A DNA stretch of 38,377 bases from Candidatus Adlerbacteria bacterium (GCA_903824155.1 CAIJVL010000004.1:1-38377); one strand, 5' to 3'; numbered from the stretch's first letter, positions 16,179-23,846 are shown. Numbers and translations are program-made. The notes: a model not told the origin generated them from the letters alone.

Positions 16179-16454
16179 ATGCTCATCGCCCAGGTGGTTT
16201 GGGTACTATATCCAACGGTACGCAGACTTCGATTACTTTCGTCCTTTGAACTCAGGTTTGGTGTTGCCATTGTGTTCATGTTCACCTTGGTGATCGGCCC
16301 GATAGGAGGATTTCTTGCCAAGCAGGCATATCTCAAGAACCACGCGATGGTCGTTACGCACAACAAGCCTTCTCGTGATATTGAGTTGCGCAAAACCGCC
16401 CGGCTCGACCAACTATTCAACATGCCGGCGACAGTCCATAGGCCTGTCCGCTAA
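16179..16454 (+). CDS. Small (91 aa) two-TM membrane protein of unknown function
   Basis: GGGAGA (16165-16170) lies 8 nt upstream of ATG 16179 and is the only clear SD I found in the window. Hydrophobic segments are LIAQVVWVLYP and FGVAIVFMFTLVIGPIGGFLA. A strong terminator follows. The track's TTG start at 16143 would lie upstream of the predicted TSS. Confidence 0.55.
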   Translation: MLIAQVVWVLYPTVRRLRLLSSFELRFGVAIVFMFTLVIGPIGGFLAKQAYLKNHAMVVTHNKPSRDIELRKTARLDQLFNMPATVHRPVR

Positions 16455-16462
16455 CAACACAA

Positions 16463-16496
16463 CCCCCGAGCGCATACGCTCGGGGGTTTATTTTTT
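16463..16496. terminator. Rho-independent terminator shared by convergent genes
   Basis: CCCCCGAGCG-cata-CGCTCGGGGG (10-bp GC-rich stem) followed by TTTATTTTTT on the plus strand. On the minus strand it follows the gmk stop and is trailed by TTGTGTTGTT. Confidence 0.8.
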
Positions 16497-16498
16497 AA

Positions 16499-17077
16499 TT
16501 ATTCGATGCCGGCCGCGTGTATGTGCGCCAGTGCGTCGGCCAAAATGTCCTCACGCTTTTTTTGCGCTTCAAGGTAAATAAACGGTACACCTAAGTTTTT
16601 GGCATCAATGTTCCAGCTGCGGCACTCTTGTATGCGCGCCTCGGCCTCTGCGGGTTTGTCGCCGCGCTCTTTAAAGCGGCTGCGCAATTCATTTTCGTCT
16701 TCTATATGTATGTACATCGAATGCAGGTTGGCGATTTTGCCGACCTCGTTTGCATACTCGTGCAATTTTTTGACCGCACTCAAGACCAACACCGGCATGT
16801 ACAATGCGTCCTTGCTCTCCAGTGCTTCATCAATATCAACTTTGCGCGTGCCGTAGTGGTTAACGTAGGCATTGGCAGTCCATAAAAACTCGCCGGCCGC
16901 TTGCATGCGGTCAAACTCCTCTTGCGACACATACTTGTATTCGCCGGGCTCGTCGCTGGGGCGCGCCGCGCGCGTAGTGTAGCTCACCAGCGGCTTTACG
17001 TTAGGCAGCGCCTTAAGAAGGTTGTGCATCAAAGTTGTTTTGCCAACACCCGATGGTCCTGTAAGTGAAAGTATCAT
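16499..17077 (-). CDS. gmk: Guanylate kinase
   Basis: P-loop GPSGVGKTT, and SYTTRAARPSDEPGEYKYVSQEEF..NHYGT parallels the Gmk motif S.TTR..R..E..G..Y.FV....F...GN.YGT. Confidence 0.8.
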   Translation of the reverse strand: MILSLTGPSGVGKTTLMHNLLKALPNVKPLVSYTTRAARPSDEPGEYKYVSQEEFDRMQAAGEFLWTANAYVNHYGTRKVDIDEALESKDALYMPVLVLSAVKKLHEYANEVGKIANLHSMYIHIEDENELRSRFKERGDKPAEAEARIQECRSWNIDAKNLGVPFIYLEAQKKREDILADALAHIHAAGIE

Positions 17078-17090
17078 ATATAGTATATAA

Positions 17091-17121
17091 ATTCCAAAAA
17101 TAATTTACTTATTTTTGGAAT
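17091..17121 (-). terminator. Perfect 13-bp AT-rich hairpin immediately after the PfkB-kinase stop
   Basis: ATTCCAAAAATAA-tttac-TTATTTTTGGAAT, 1 nt downstream of the stop at 17123-17125. It may be a terminator or an mRNA-stabilising hairpin. Confidence 0.45.
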
Positions 17122-17122
17122 T

Positions 17123-18121
17123 TCACAACGATGTAATTTCCCAAGCTGCAGGTGGGTTTATAACATGCTGCTCTAACGTTGCGCGGTCCAGCAAGCCTTT
17201 TTGCGCGCCGATTTCCTGCAGGACTGCTGAGGCATTGGCCGAGCCCCAGCGCAGCGCTTCATCCAAGGGCTTCCCAAGCGCGAGCGCCGATGCGGTGCTC
17301 GAGGCAAGTGCGTCGCCGGCGCCGGTGATCTCAAACGGCGGCCGAGGGTCGGGGTAGCGCGGCACGTGCAGCATTTTGCCCGCCTCATCTACCGCGTATG
17401 AGCCGCGCTTGTCATCGGTTATCACCACAATTTTTGGCCCAAGCGCTTTAAGAGAGGTGAGTAGCTCTTGTATGTCGCTACCGACTGGCTTTTCTAAAAT
17501 CCTTTCGGCCTCTTCTTTATTGCAAACAAAAAAATCGGTGCGCTCGTATATGGGCCTCAGCGCCGCAACACCCAGCTTCATCTGGAATGTCCCGGGCTGG
17601 AAGGCAAGTTTGGACTCGGGATATTTTTTGAGCCACTCGATCATTGCCTCGTGGTACGGGAGGGAATTGGCAGCGAGCGATGAAAGGTATATCCACTTTG
17701 GCGCCGCCGGCAACTCGGGCACGGTGTATGAAAACTCTTCGTGCTTTACCAAAATGGTGCGGTTGTCTAGGTACCACAACACGTAGTGGTAGTTGGTGTG
17801 TTTGCCGGGTTCGGTAACCATGTAGTCGGTCAGCACTTTTTCCTGCTTTAAAACTGCCAGGCATTCGGGACCGTACTGGTCGTCGCCCACATAGGCGCGC
17901 AGCGCCGAGGCAAGCCCCAGACGCGCGGCTGCAACGGCGGCGTTAGAGGCATTGCCCACGGCAGCACACACGGTCGCGCTTTCGTAGGGGATCTTGTCGC
18001 CCCAGCGCATGCAAATCGTGCAGTCCTCGTTGTTTATCTGGCAGTGCACCTCGGCGTCTTTGAGTCTTATAAAGGGTTCGGTAACAATATCGCCAATGGC
18101 GAAAAAATCAATATGGTCCAT
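17123..18121 (-). CDS. PfkB-family carbohydrate/nucleoside kinase (ribokinase-like fold)
   Basis: Gly-rich sugar-binding region AVGNASNAAVAAARLG and C-terminal ATP/anion-hole motif ITGAGDALASS. TATAAT-N6-ATG lies on the minus strand. The substrate cannot be assigned. Confidence 0.8.
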   Translation of the reverse strand: MDHIDFFAIGDIVTEPFIRLKDAEVHCQINNEDCTICMRWGDKIPYESATVCAAVGNASNAAVAAARLGLASALRAYVGDDQYGPECLAVLKQEKVLTDYMVTEPGKHTNYHYVLWYLDNRTILVKHEEFSYTVPELPAAPKWIYLSSLAANSLPYHEAMIEWLKKYPESKLAFQPGTFQMKLGVAALRPIYERTDFFVCNKEEAERILEKPVGSDIQELLTSLKALGPKIVVITDDKRGSYAVDEAGKMLHVPRYPDPRPPFEITGAGDALASSTASALALGKPLDEALRWGSANASAVLQEIGAQKGLLDRATLEQHVINPPAAWEITSL

Positions 18122-18149
18122 AGGCTAATTATACACGGCGGGCGTTGTT

Positions 18150-20735
18150 TTATGGAGTCGTCGAGGAAGCCGTAGTTGTAGCATCCGGTGCCACTACAGG
18201 TGTAATGGGGGGAGTGGTCGTCTCGGAAATCGTAGGAGGAGTTGGTGCGCTTAGCTGCACTAACGGCGTGCCGGAGAGAATATTTGAGAGCTGATCGCCG
18301 GTAATGCAGACTGGCGTGCCGCTGGAGTTTTTTACACACAGCTGATTGTTCGCCGTAATGCTGTCGGAAGCAAAGGAGTGCGCGAAGCTTTGTACGGTAG
18401 CGGTTAGTTTTTGCAATTCGGCTGATAGTGTCTGCACCGCCTCTACTAGCGGAGCAATGAGGCCGAGATAATTTAGTCCGAGCGTTCCATCCGGCGTCAG
18501 CGCCGTGGCGGATGTGGTTGATACCAAATTCGGAAATACCTGCTGTACCTGTTGAGCGATAAAGCCATATTGTTTAGTGCCGCCTTTGTCAGGATCTAAC
18601 CAGTTGTAGGTGACAGGGGTTAATTGATTAATAGCCGCCAGTGAACTTGAAGCATCTAATGTATTAATATTGGTCTTTAACCTTTTGTCTGAGCTTTGGG
18701 TCAGAGTTCCCGAGAGCTGTGCGTTGCCGCCGTCGAAGACAGCAAACACCGTGGTCGAGGCATTGTTGACGATATTGAATGCGAGAGTAGAGCTGGCAGT
18801 GTCAGGGCCCCAGACCGAGAGATTGGAATATGGAGTTGAGGTACCAATGCCGACATTGTCGTTGCCGAGGATAGAGAGGATCGGGCCGGTGGAGCTGGCA
18901 GTTGCAACGCTAAAAATATTGGCGGTGGTGTTGTAGGTGGAGCTTGCCGCAAGGAAGCTTCCCGAGCCGGTGACGCTCAGCGAACTCCCCACCGAAAGCC
19001 CGCCGGCAAACGAGCCGTCAACCGCCTGCAGATTATCGCGCACGCTGAGCGTCCCCGTCTCGAGCCCACCGAACTCGCCCTGCTGGATGTATGCGCCGCC
19101 GAGGTCAAAGACTTCGATCCCGTTGATGGTACCGTTTTCTGTGACATATGCGTACCGACCCTGCACTACGACACCTCGGTTGCCTGCATTCGTAAGCGAA
19201 TTTTTTGAGACACGTATAGGTGCCGTGGGGTTCGAAACGTCCCACGTTTCAAGGAAGGTAGTCGAGACTGTGTACGCATAGCGGCCTTGAGCATAGATGC
19301 CCCTGCCGCTCCCTTGCGGGGCAGTCAATGCTACTCGAGTCGGAGACGAGGGGTTGGAAACATCCCAAATCTCAAAAGAATTACTGTTCGTTAGATCATT
19401 CAAATACGCATAACGTCCTTGGACATAAATGCCCTGACCTGTCTGGCTTAGCGCGCTCTGAGATAGACGATATGCCGAAGCGGGATTTGAAACGTTCCAA
19501 ATCTCGAGAAGACTAGAGAAGCCCTCTGCTACGTACGCATACGGACCTTGCACGAAGACTCCCTCTGCAGTGCCACCCAGAGCAAGATTGCCAACACGCA
19601 CCGGTGCGCCGGGGTTAGACACATCAAAAATTTCAAGGTTAGAGGTCTGATCGGCCAAGTATGCGTATCTGCCCTGGACATACATACTGTAAATGGCGTT
19701 GATGACATTGCTCCGCGATATTCTCACCGGCGCAGCGGGATTTGAGACATCCCAAACCTCGAAGCCATTAGTTGCTGCAGCTACCGTTACGAATGCGTAG
19801 TGGCCTTGCACGTTTATGGCACGGCCGACCGCACCAAGAGTGCTTTGTGATACCAGAAGCGGAGCGGCCGGATTGGAGATATCCCAGATCTCAAAGCCAT
19901 TCGTGGTGTTATTTTCAACGACGTATAGATAGCGGCCTTGCAGGTACTGGCCCACTGCAGCGTTGGCAAGGGTGCTTTGGGAAATGCGGGTAGCCGTCGA
20001 CGTTCCCGCCATGACCGAGAGTTGCCCTATCGTGCTTGAGGCCGTACCACCGATAACGACCTGACCGGCATTGTTGATGCTGAAGAGTGTTGAAGTTGCC
20101 GACTGGGTCGATGAGCCTATGGCAAAAAGCATAGTGTTGGTGTCACCGTTGTTGGCATTGATAGAGAGTTTTGCAAACGGCGACGACGTGCCGAGCCCCA
20201 CATTGCCCGTGTTGTAGTAGATAGTGCCTCCGCTCGTCGTCCACTGACTGGTCACAATCCCCAAACTGCTCGTCCCCATCAGCGCATAGTTGCCGCTCCC
20301 GTCGCCGATCAAGAACTGACCATATGCAGGTGCGGTCGAAGTTCCGGTGCCTCCGTTGGCGATGTTCAGCACACCAGTCACGTCGCTCGAAAGATTAACA
20401 AGGGCACTCGTCACAACTCCCGCAACGGCTTTGAGAATACCGTTGAGGGTTCCTATCACGAGGCTGTTTGATACGACAACGTTCGTTGATGAGGCGGTGC
20501 TCGCAACTGATACGCTGCCGGCGAATGTCGAAGTGGCAGTGGTCGAGGTCGCCTGGAAGCTGGAGCTTATGGTACTTGGAATAACAACACAGGTCGGGTC
20601 AGTCGGCGGACAACTTGGATTTAGCGTTTGCCCGGGCTGATACTGCGTCGCTGAGGCGACGAGCGGGAACATGCTCAAAGCAACAAAAAGAATGAAGTAA
20701 CTGAGCGGCCGGGAATGAGAGAATCTAAATCCCAT
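18150..20735 (-). CDS. Secreted surface protein with fibre-type modules, a 7-repeat LVIVD beta-propeller and a peptidase-S74 chaperone domain
   Basis: Signal peptide MGFRFSHSRPLSYFILFVALSMFPLVASA. The module GNVGLGTSSPFAKLSINANNGDTNTMLFAIGSSTQSATSTLFSINNAG is shared with the giant gene. LVIVD repeats and an S74 domain follow (see the sub-features). Confidence 0.85.
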   Translation of the reverse strand: MGFRFSHSRPLSYFILFVALSMFPLVASATQYQPGQTLNPSCPPTDPTCVVIPSTISSSFQATSTTATSTFAGSVSVASTASSTNVVVSNSLVIGTLNGILKAVAGVVTSALVNLSSDVTGVLNIANGGTGTSTAPAYGQFLIGDGSGNYALMGTSSLGIVTSQWTTSGGTIYYNTGNVGLGTSSPFAKLSINANNGDTNTMLFAIGSSTQSATSTLFSINNAGQVVIGGTASSTIGQLSVMAGTSTATRISQSTLANAAVGQYLQGRYLYVVENNTTNGFEIWDISNPAAPLLVSQSTLGAVGRAINVQGHYAFVTVAAATNGFEVWDVSNPAAPVRISRSNVINAIYSMYVQGRYAYLADQTSNLEIFDVSNPGAPVRVGNLALGGTAEGVFVQGPYAYVAEGFSSLLEIWNVSNPASAYRLSQSALSQTGQGIYVQGRYAYLNDLTNSNSFEIWDVSNPSSPTRVALTAPQGSGRGIYAQGRYAYTVSTTFLETWDVSNPTAPIRVSKNSLTNAGNRGVVVQGRYAYVTENGTINGIEVFDLGGAYIQQGEFGGLETGTLSVRDNLQAVDGSFAGGLSVGSSLSVTGSGSFLAASSTYNTTANIFSVATASSTGPILSILGNDNVGIGTSTPYSNLSVWGPDTASSTLAFNIVNNASTTVFAVFDGGNAQLSGTLTQSSDKRLKTNINTLDASSSLAAINQLTPVTYNWLDPDKGGTKQYGFIAQQVQQVFPNLVSTTSATALTPDGTLGLNYLGLIAPLVEAVQTLSAELQKLTATVQSFAHSFASDSITANNQLCVKNSSGTPVCITGDQLSNILSGTPLVQLSAPTPPTISETTTPPITPVVAPDATTTASSTTP
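18411..18695 (-). other. Peptidase S74 / intramolecular chaperone domain (aa ~681-775 of the 861-aa protein)
   Basis: SSDKRLKTNINTLD..LTPVTYNWLD..QYGFIAQQVQQVFPNLV..LGLNYLGLIAPLVEAVQTL. It has the same S-D-x-R-L-K dyad spacing as the giant protein. Confidence 0.7.
19086..19988 (-). repeat. Seven LVIVD-type repeats (predicted beta-propeller), aa ~250-550
   Basis: The unit G(R/H/P)YA(Y/F)(V/L)....(F/L)E(I/V)(W/F)D(V/I)SNP..P..(V/I)(S/G) occurs seven times, for example GRYLYVVENNTTNGFEIWDISNPAAPLLVS and GRYAYLADQTSNLEIFDVSNPGAPVRVG. Confidence 0.75.
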
Positions 20736-20792
20736 ACCGTATAGAATAACATCGATAATTGCTTGATGTGGAGGTGTGTGGAGAGGTCATAG

Positions 20793-21872
20793 TCAGAAAA
20801 GGTGCGTGAAGAAACTCATGATCTTTTGCCACCAGCACGTGAGCCAGCTGCAGGACGGGGTAGTTTGCGTATACGTAGAAGGAGCGCTGGCCGCCTGTGC
20901 TTTAGCGGCATATAGGGCGACCGCTAAGGTCTGCGTTGCAATTGCTTGCTTGCCATACTGCGCCGACACAGCCACGGTGTAGGTGCCTACCGGCAAACCA
21001 GTCGTGGGGATGCTGGCGACAAATGAGGGCATGCTGGTTGGGGTAAGTGTTGAGGATGCCGAGTACAGAGTTGCGCCGGATGATGCATAGAGGCGGTAGA
21101 CAACAGTGATGTTTTGGGTGCGCTTGGTGTTGCTAAAATTGACATTGACCGCAAGTGGAGTGCCTGCCACTGCCGACGGTGCGGTGTAAATGCTCAACGT
21201 AATATTGGGGGTGAGATGCGCAGGCTGCGAAGGGTTACTACTGGGAGGAATGGTCGGCTCGGTCTTTGGCGGCGGAGTTGTAGGCACTAAAGACTTGGGC
21301 GGAGTTGCATTTGATGATGAGCTCGATGAAGTGGTGGACACAGCATTCGAACTTGAAGCGCCGGAGCCGTTTTGATAGCCAACCGATTGCGAACCGCTGA
21401 TGACGCCTCCGCCGCCGGTGTTGGTTACCGTGGGCGTTACCGTTGAGTTTCGCCACGCGGTAGTGACGTTGCAGTATGTGCAGTCAAAGGTCATCGTACC
21501 AAAGAGTGACTGTGGCGTGGTTTGCCCGTGAAAGAGCCCATTGCTGTCGATCGTGATGCCCGCAAAGTTGATCCAGCCGGTATTTGCGCCCCACGCATAG
21601 CCACCAAGAGTGCCGGCGCTGTTGGTGACACCGCCTAGTGCAGGAGAGAGGTTGATCCAGCCAAAGCCGGCCGACCAGAGGTAACCGGTGAGCGCAGTGT
21701 CCGTGACCGTGACGTTGCCTCCTGTTGCGTACCAGTTCACGTAGCCGCCGTTGTCATCCCAGGCATAGTGATTGGTCGCGTCGATGGTGCCGGTTGAAGC
21801 AAAAGCAGGCTGCCAAGCCATTACAAGAAAGAGCCCAACGAAGAGCCAAAGTATTGGGAATTTCCGTTTCAT
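20793..21872 (-). CDS. Secreted protein with three aromatic GWINF-type repeats, an S/T/P-rich linker and a C-terminal Ig-like region
   Basis: Signal peptide MKRKFPILWLFVGLFLVMAWQPAFA. The repeats are YAWDDNGGYVNW, YLWSAGFGWINL and YAWGANTGWINF, followed by a low-complexity SSSSSSNATPPKSLVPTTPPPKTEPTIPPSSNP linker. Confidence 0.75.
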   Translation of the reverse strand: MKRKFPILWLFVGLFLVMAWQPAFASTGTIDATNHYAWDDNGGYVNWYATGGNVTVTDTALTGYLWSAGFGWINLSPALGGVTNSAGTLGGYAWGANTGWINFAGITIDSNGLFHGQTTPQSLFGTMTFDCTYCNVTTAWRNSTVTPTVTNTGGGGVISGSQSVGYQNGSGASSSNAVSTTSSSSSSNATPPKSLVPTTPPPKTEPTIPPSSNPSQPAHLTPNITLSIYTAPSAVAGTPLAVNVNFSNTKRTQNITVVYRLYASSGATLYSASSTLTPTSMPSFVASIPTTGLPVGTYTVAVSAQYGKQAIATQTLAVALYAAKAQAASAPSTYTQTTPSCSWLTCWWQKIMSFFTHLF

Positions 21873-21955
21873 AGTCTTAAAAAGAGTGTATCACAAGAGG
21901 AATCCACTCTGCGTTTGGAATGGGGGATACGCTGATATAGATATATAATAGAATC

Positions 21956-22807
21956 ATGCAAACATTACGGGAAGCGATTTTGGAGGCAAAGGCGGGTGGG
22001 TATGCTATCGGGCATTTTAATTTTTCGGACTCTAACCAGCTGCATGCCATTGCGCTTGCGGCAAAAGAAACGGGCTTGGCCGTAATTGCGGGCTTAAGTG
22101 AAGGCGAGCGCGAGTACTTTCCTATTTCCCACGCGCGCGCTTTGATAGACGTGTACAACAAGAACGGCGTGCAGATGTACCTTAACGCCGACCATACCTA
22201 TAGCGTAGAGAAAGTGCAAAAGGCGATAGACGCCGGCGTCGATTCGGTCGTCGTAGACGGCGCCAAACTTCCCTTCGATGAAAATGTCGCGCTGGTCAAG
22301 GCATGCGTTGCCTATGCACGCGCCTCCGGCCGCGACGTCGTGATGGAGGGCGAACTTGGCTACATCGGCCAATCATCCAAATTGCTTGAGTCTTTGCCCG
22401 AAGGCGTGACCGAAGCCAACCTCACTACCGCAGAAGATTCGGTAAAGCTGGTAACGGGCGCCGGTCTCGATTGTTTTGCGCCGGCGGTGGGCAACATACA
22501 CGGCATGCTGGTAAACGCGCCCGAACCGAAATTGCATCCCGAACGCGTTAAAGAAATAGCCGACGCCACGGGCCTGCCGCTTGTGCTTCATGGCGCATCG
22601 GGCAATACCGAGGCGGACATTGTGGCTTGCATCAAAGCGGGCATTGCGGTCGTGCACATCAACACCGAGCTGCGCGTCTTGTACCGCGACTCGCTCCGCA
22701 AATCTTTGCAAGGCGACGAGACCACCCCGTACAAGTTTTTGACGCCGGCAGTCGAGGCGATGCAGGCCTATTTGGCCGGCAAAATGAAGGTATTTGCAGG
22801 AAAATAA
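21956..22807 (+). CDS. fba: Class II fructose-bisphosphate (ketose-bisphosphate) aldolase
   Basis: GYAIGHFNF, LNADH, EGELGYIG, AVGNIHG and LVLHGASG are class II aldolase metal and substrate motifs. TATAAT-N6-ATG. Confidence 0.88.
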   Translation: MQTLREAILEAKAGGYAIGHFNFSDSNQLHAIALAAKETGLAVIAGLSEGEREYFPISHARALIDVYNKNGVQMYLNADHTYSVEKVQKAIDAGVDSVVVDGAKLPFDENVALVKACVAYARASGRDVVMEGELGYIGQSSKLLESLPEGVTEANLTTAEDSVKLVTGAGLDCFAPAVGNIHGMLVNAPEPKLHPERVKEIADATGLPLVLHGASGNTEADIVACIKAGIAVVHINTELRVLYRDSLRKSLQGDETTPYKFLTPAVEAMQAYLAGKMKVFAGK

Positions 22808-22830
22808 AAGGGAATCAACTTCCCTTTTTA
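22808..22830. terminator. Short bidirectional hairpin terminator between convergent genes
   Basis: AAGGGAA-tcaac-TTCCCTT is flanked by A-run and T-run sequence. It begins 1 nt after the fba stop and overlaps the stop of the minus-strand 244-aa gene. Confidence 0.5.
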
Positions 22831-23562
22831 GGCCGCGCGCGCGAGCAACGTCTTACCGCAGGCACAGGCGCCTTTACCTTCAAGAGCAAATGGCAGCGCA
22901 AAGTCTTTGAGCGTAAATAAAAGCGAGCCGGTCGTTGATATTGCAGGCGCTGAGTGGTCATCATTCCAAATAAAAAGGTCGGAGTGGTGGTACTGGCCGC
23001 TTTGTGCGGCTACTATGGTATCGCACTGCACTAACAGCGGCACGCCGGGGGCCAGGTGGACTTCTTCGGCTATTTCCAATTTTTTATTTTTGAGGAGTGG
23101 TGGCGTATCCCAGCGTACGGCATCGCCTGCGTGCACCACTATCCAATATGGCGGCAGCTCGATCTGTCCGGCATGCAGATATTCGGTGATGGCGGCAGCT
23201 TCGGCGGCCTCGGCTACTATGGCGTTTGCTGATGCAAAGCGTACAGCTGCTTTGTCGAGCGGATAGTTCTGCGGCTCAATGATGCAAATCGGCGCTTCGG
23301 CGCCGCGTACGGCGAAATATATGAATGGCTCAAGCTGCCAAAACACCGGCATCTGTAAAATAACAGTCTCGGGAGCAAATCGTTTTATATGCTCCTGCGC
23401 GCTTACCCAGCGCCATTCACTCGCCAATGGCAGTGCACGCAAGTTCGGGTCGATGGGGTTAAAGGCGCTTGGCACTATATGGCAATGCCAGTCTTTTATC
23501 TTATGTTGCAGAGGGTCAAGTATCGGAAACAACCGCAGTGCCAATGAGTCCGTTTGAGACAT
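22828..23562 (-). CDS. Cytoplasmic hypothetical protein, possibly a truncated PaaK-like N-domain paralogue without a P-loop
   Basis: No signal peptide. By eye, its C-terminal third aligns with the neighbouring adenylate-forming enzyme (QYHHSDLFIW..GSLLFTL..ALPF vs VYHAHPEFRL..GELLITDL..AFPL). It ends in CACGKT, resembling the CxCGRT motif of phenylacetate-CoA ligases. TATAAT-N6-ATG. Confidence 0.6.
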   Translation of the reverse strand: MSQTDSLALRLFPILDPLQHKIKDWHCHIVPSAFNPIDPNLRALPLASEWRWVSAQEHIKRFAPETVILQMPVFWQLEPFIYFAVRGAEAPICIIEPQNYPLDKAAVRFASANAIVAEAAEAAAITEYLHAGQIELPPYWIVVHAGDAVRWDTPPLLKNKKLEIAEEVHLAPGVPLLVQCDTIVAAQSGQYHHSDLFIWNDDHSAPAISTTGSLLFTLKDFALPFALEGKGACACGKTLLARAA

Positions 23563-23609
23563 CGGACTATTATAGGGCGCCGGGGCGACTACGCAATGTT
23601 AGGGCACTG

Positions 23610-23846
23610 TTAGAAAAAGCCGCCGCACGAAACAAAGTACACATCTTTGTCGGCGTCTTTACTTGGGAGGCTGCACGAAGCGTCGGCAAGGGCCGGAGAG
23701 CCGCTTTTTGCATGAGAGATTCCCAACTTTTGCCAAAGGCTGTTTTTACCGGTTGCGGTGACAAGCATAAGGGCGAGCATGCCGAGCACAAAGCCGGCTG
23801 CCAAGAGGAGGGTAAAACGAGCCGCGCGTACCAAGGAAGTATCCAT
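23610..23846 (-). CDS. Small (78 aa) membrane-anchored protein ending ...VYFVSCGGFF
   Basis: The TM segment is ARFTLLLAAGFVLGMLALMLV. The start is placed at the third in-frame ATG (23846) because TATACT (23853-23858) lies exactly 6 nt upstream. The track's longer ORF would overlap the upstream gene. Confidence 0.45.
   Translation of the reverse strand: MDTSLVRAARFTLLLAAGFVLGMLALMLVTATGKNSLWQKLGISHAKSGSPALADASCSLPSKDADKDVYFVSCGGFF

Noticed and set aside
16121-16460. The possibility that the promoter-to-terminator unit encodes a structured ncRNA (tmRNA, RNase P, SRP or 6S), or that the antisense 100-aa ORF (16121-16423) is the real gene.
   Set aside because: I could not find the conserved cores of these RNAs: no GGAAGCAGCC-type SRP helix, no RNase P GAAAGTCCGG-like P4 region, and no tmRNA tag ORF or tRNA-like end.

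A well-spaced SD plus ATG opens a 91-codon frame with two TM segments that ends right before the terminator. The antisense ORF has no start signals.

This was not fully excluded without an Infernal scan.
6442-18695. The idea that the two inverted S74-encoding segments (6442-6712 on the plus strand and 18411-18695 on the minus strand) could mediate an invertible DNA switch.
   Set aside because: DNA identity is only ~80% over the best ~35 nt (the GFIAQQ.QQV region), and no long exact matches exist. The similarity is at the protein-family level, too low for homologous-recombination-driven inversion.
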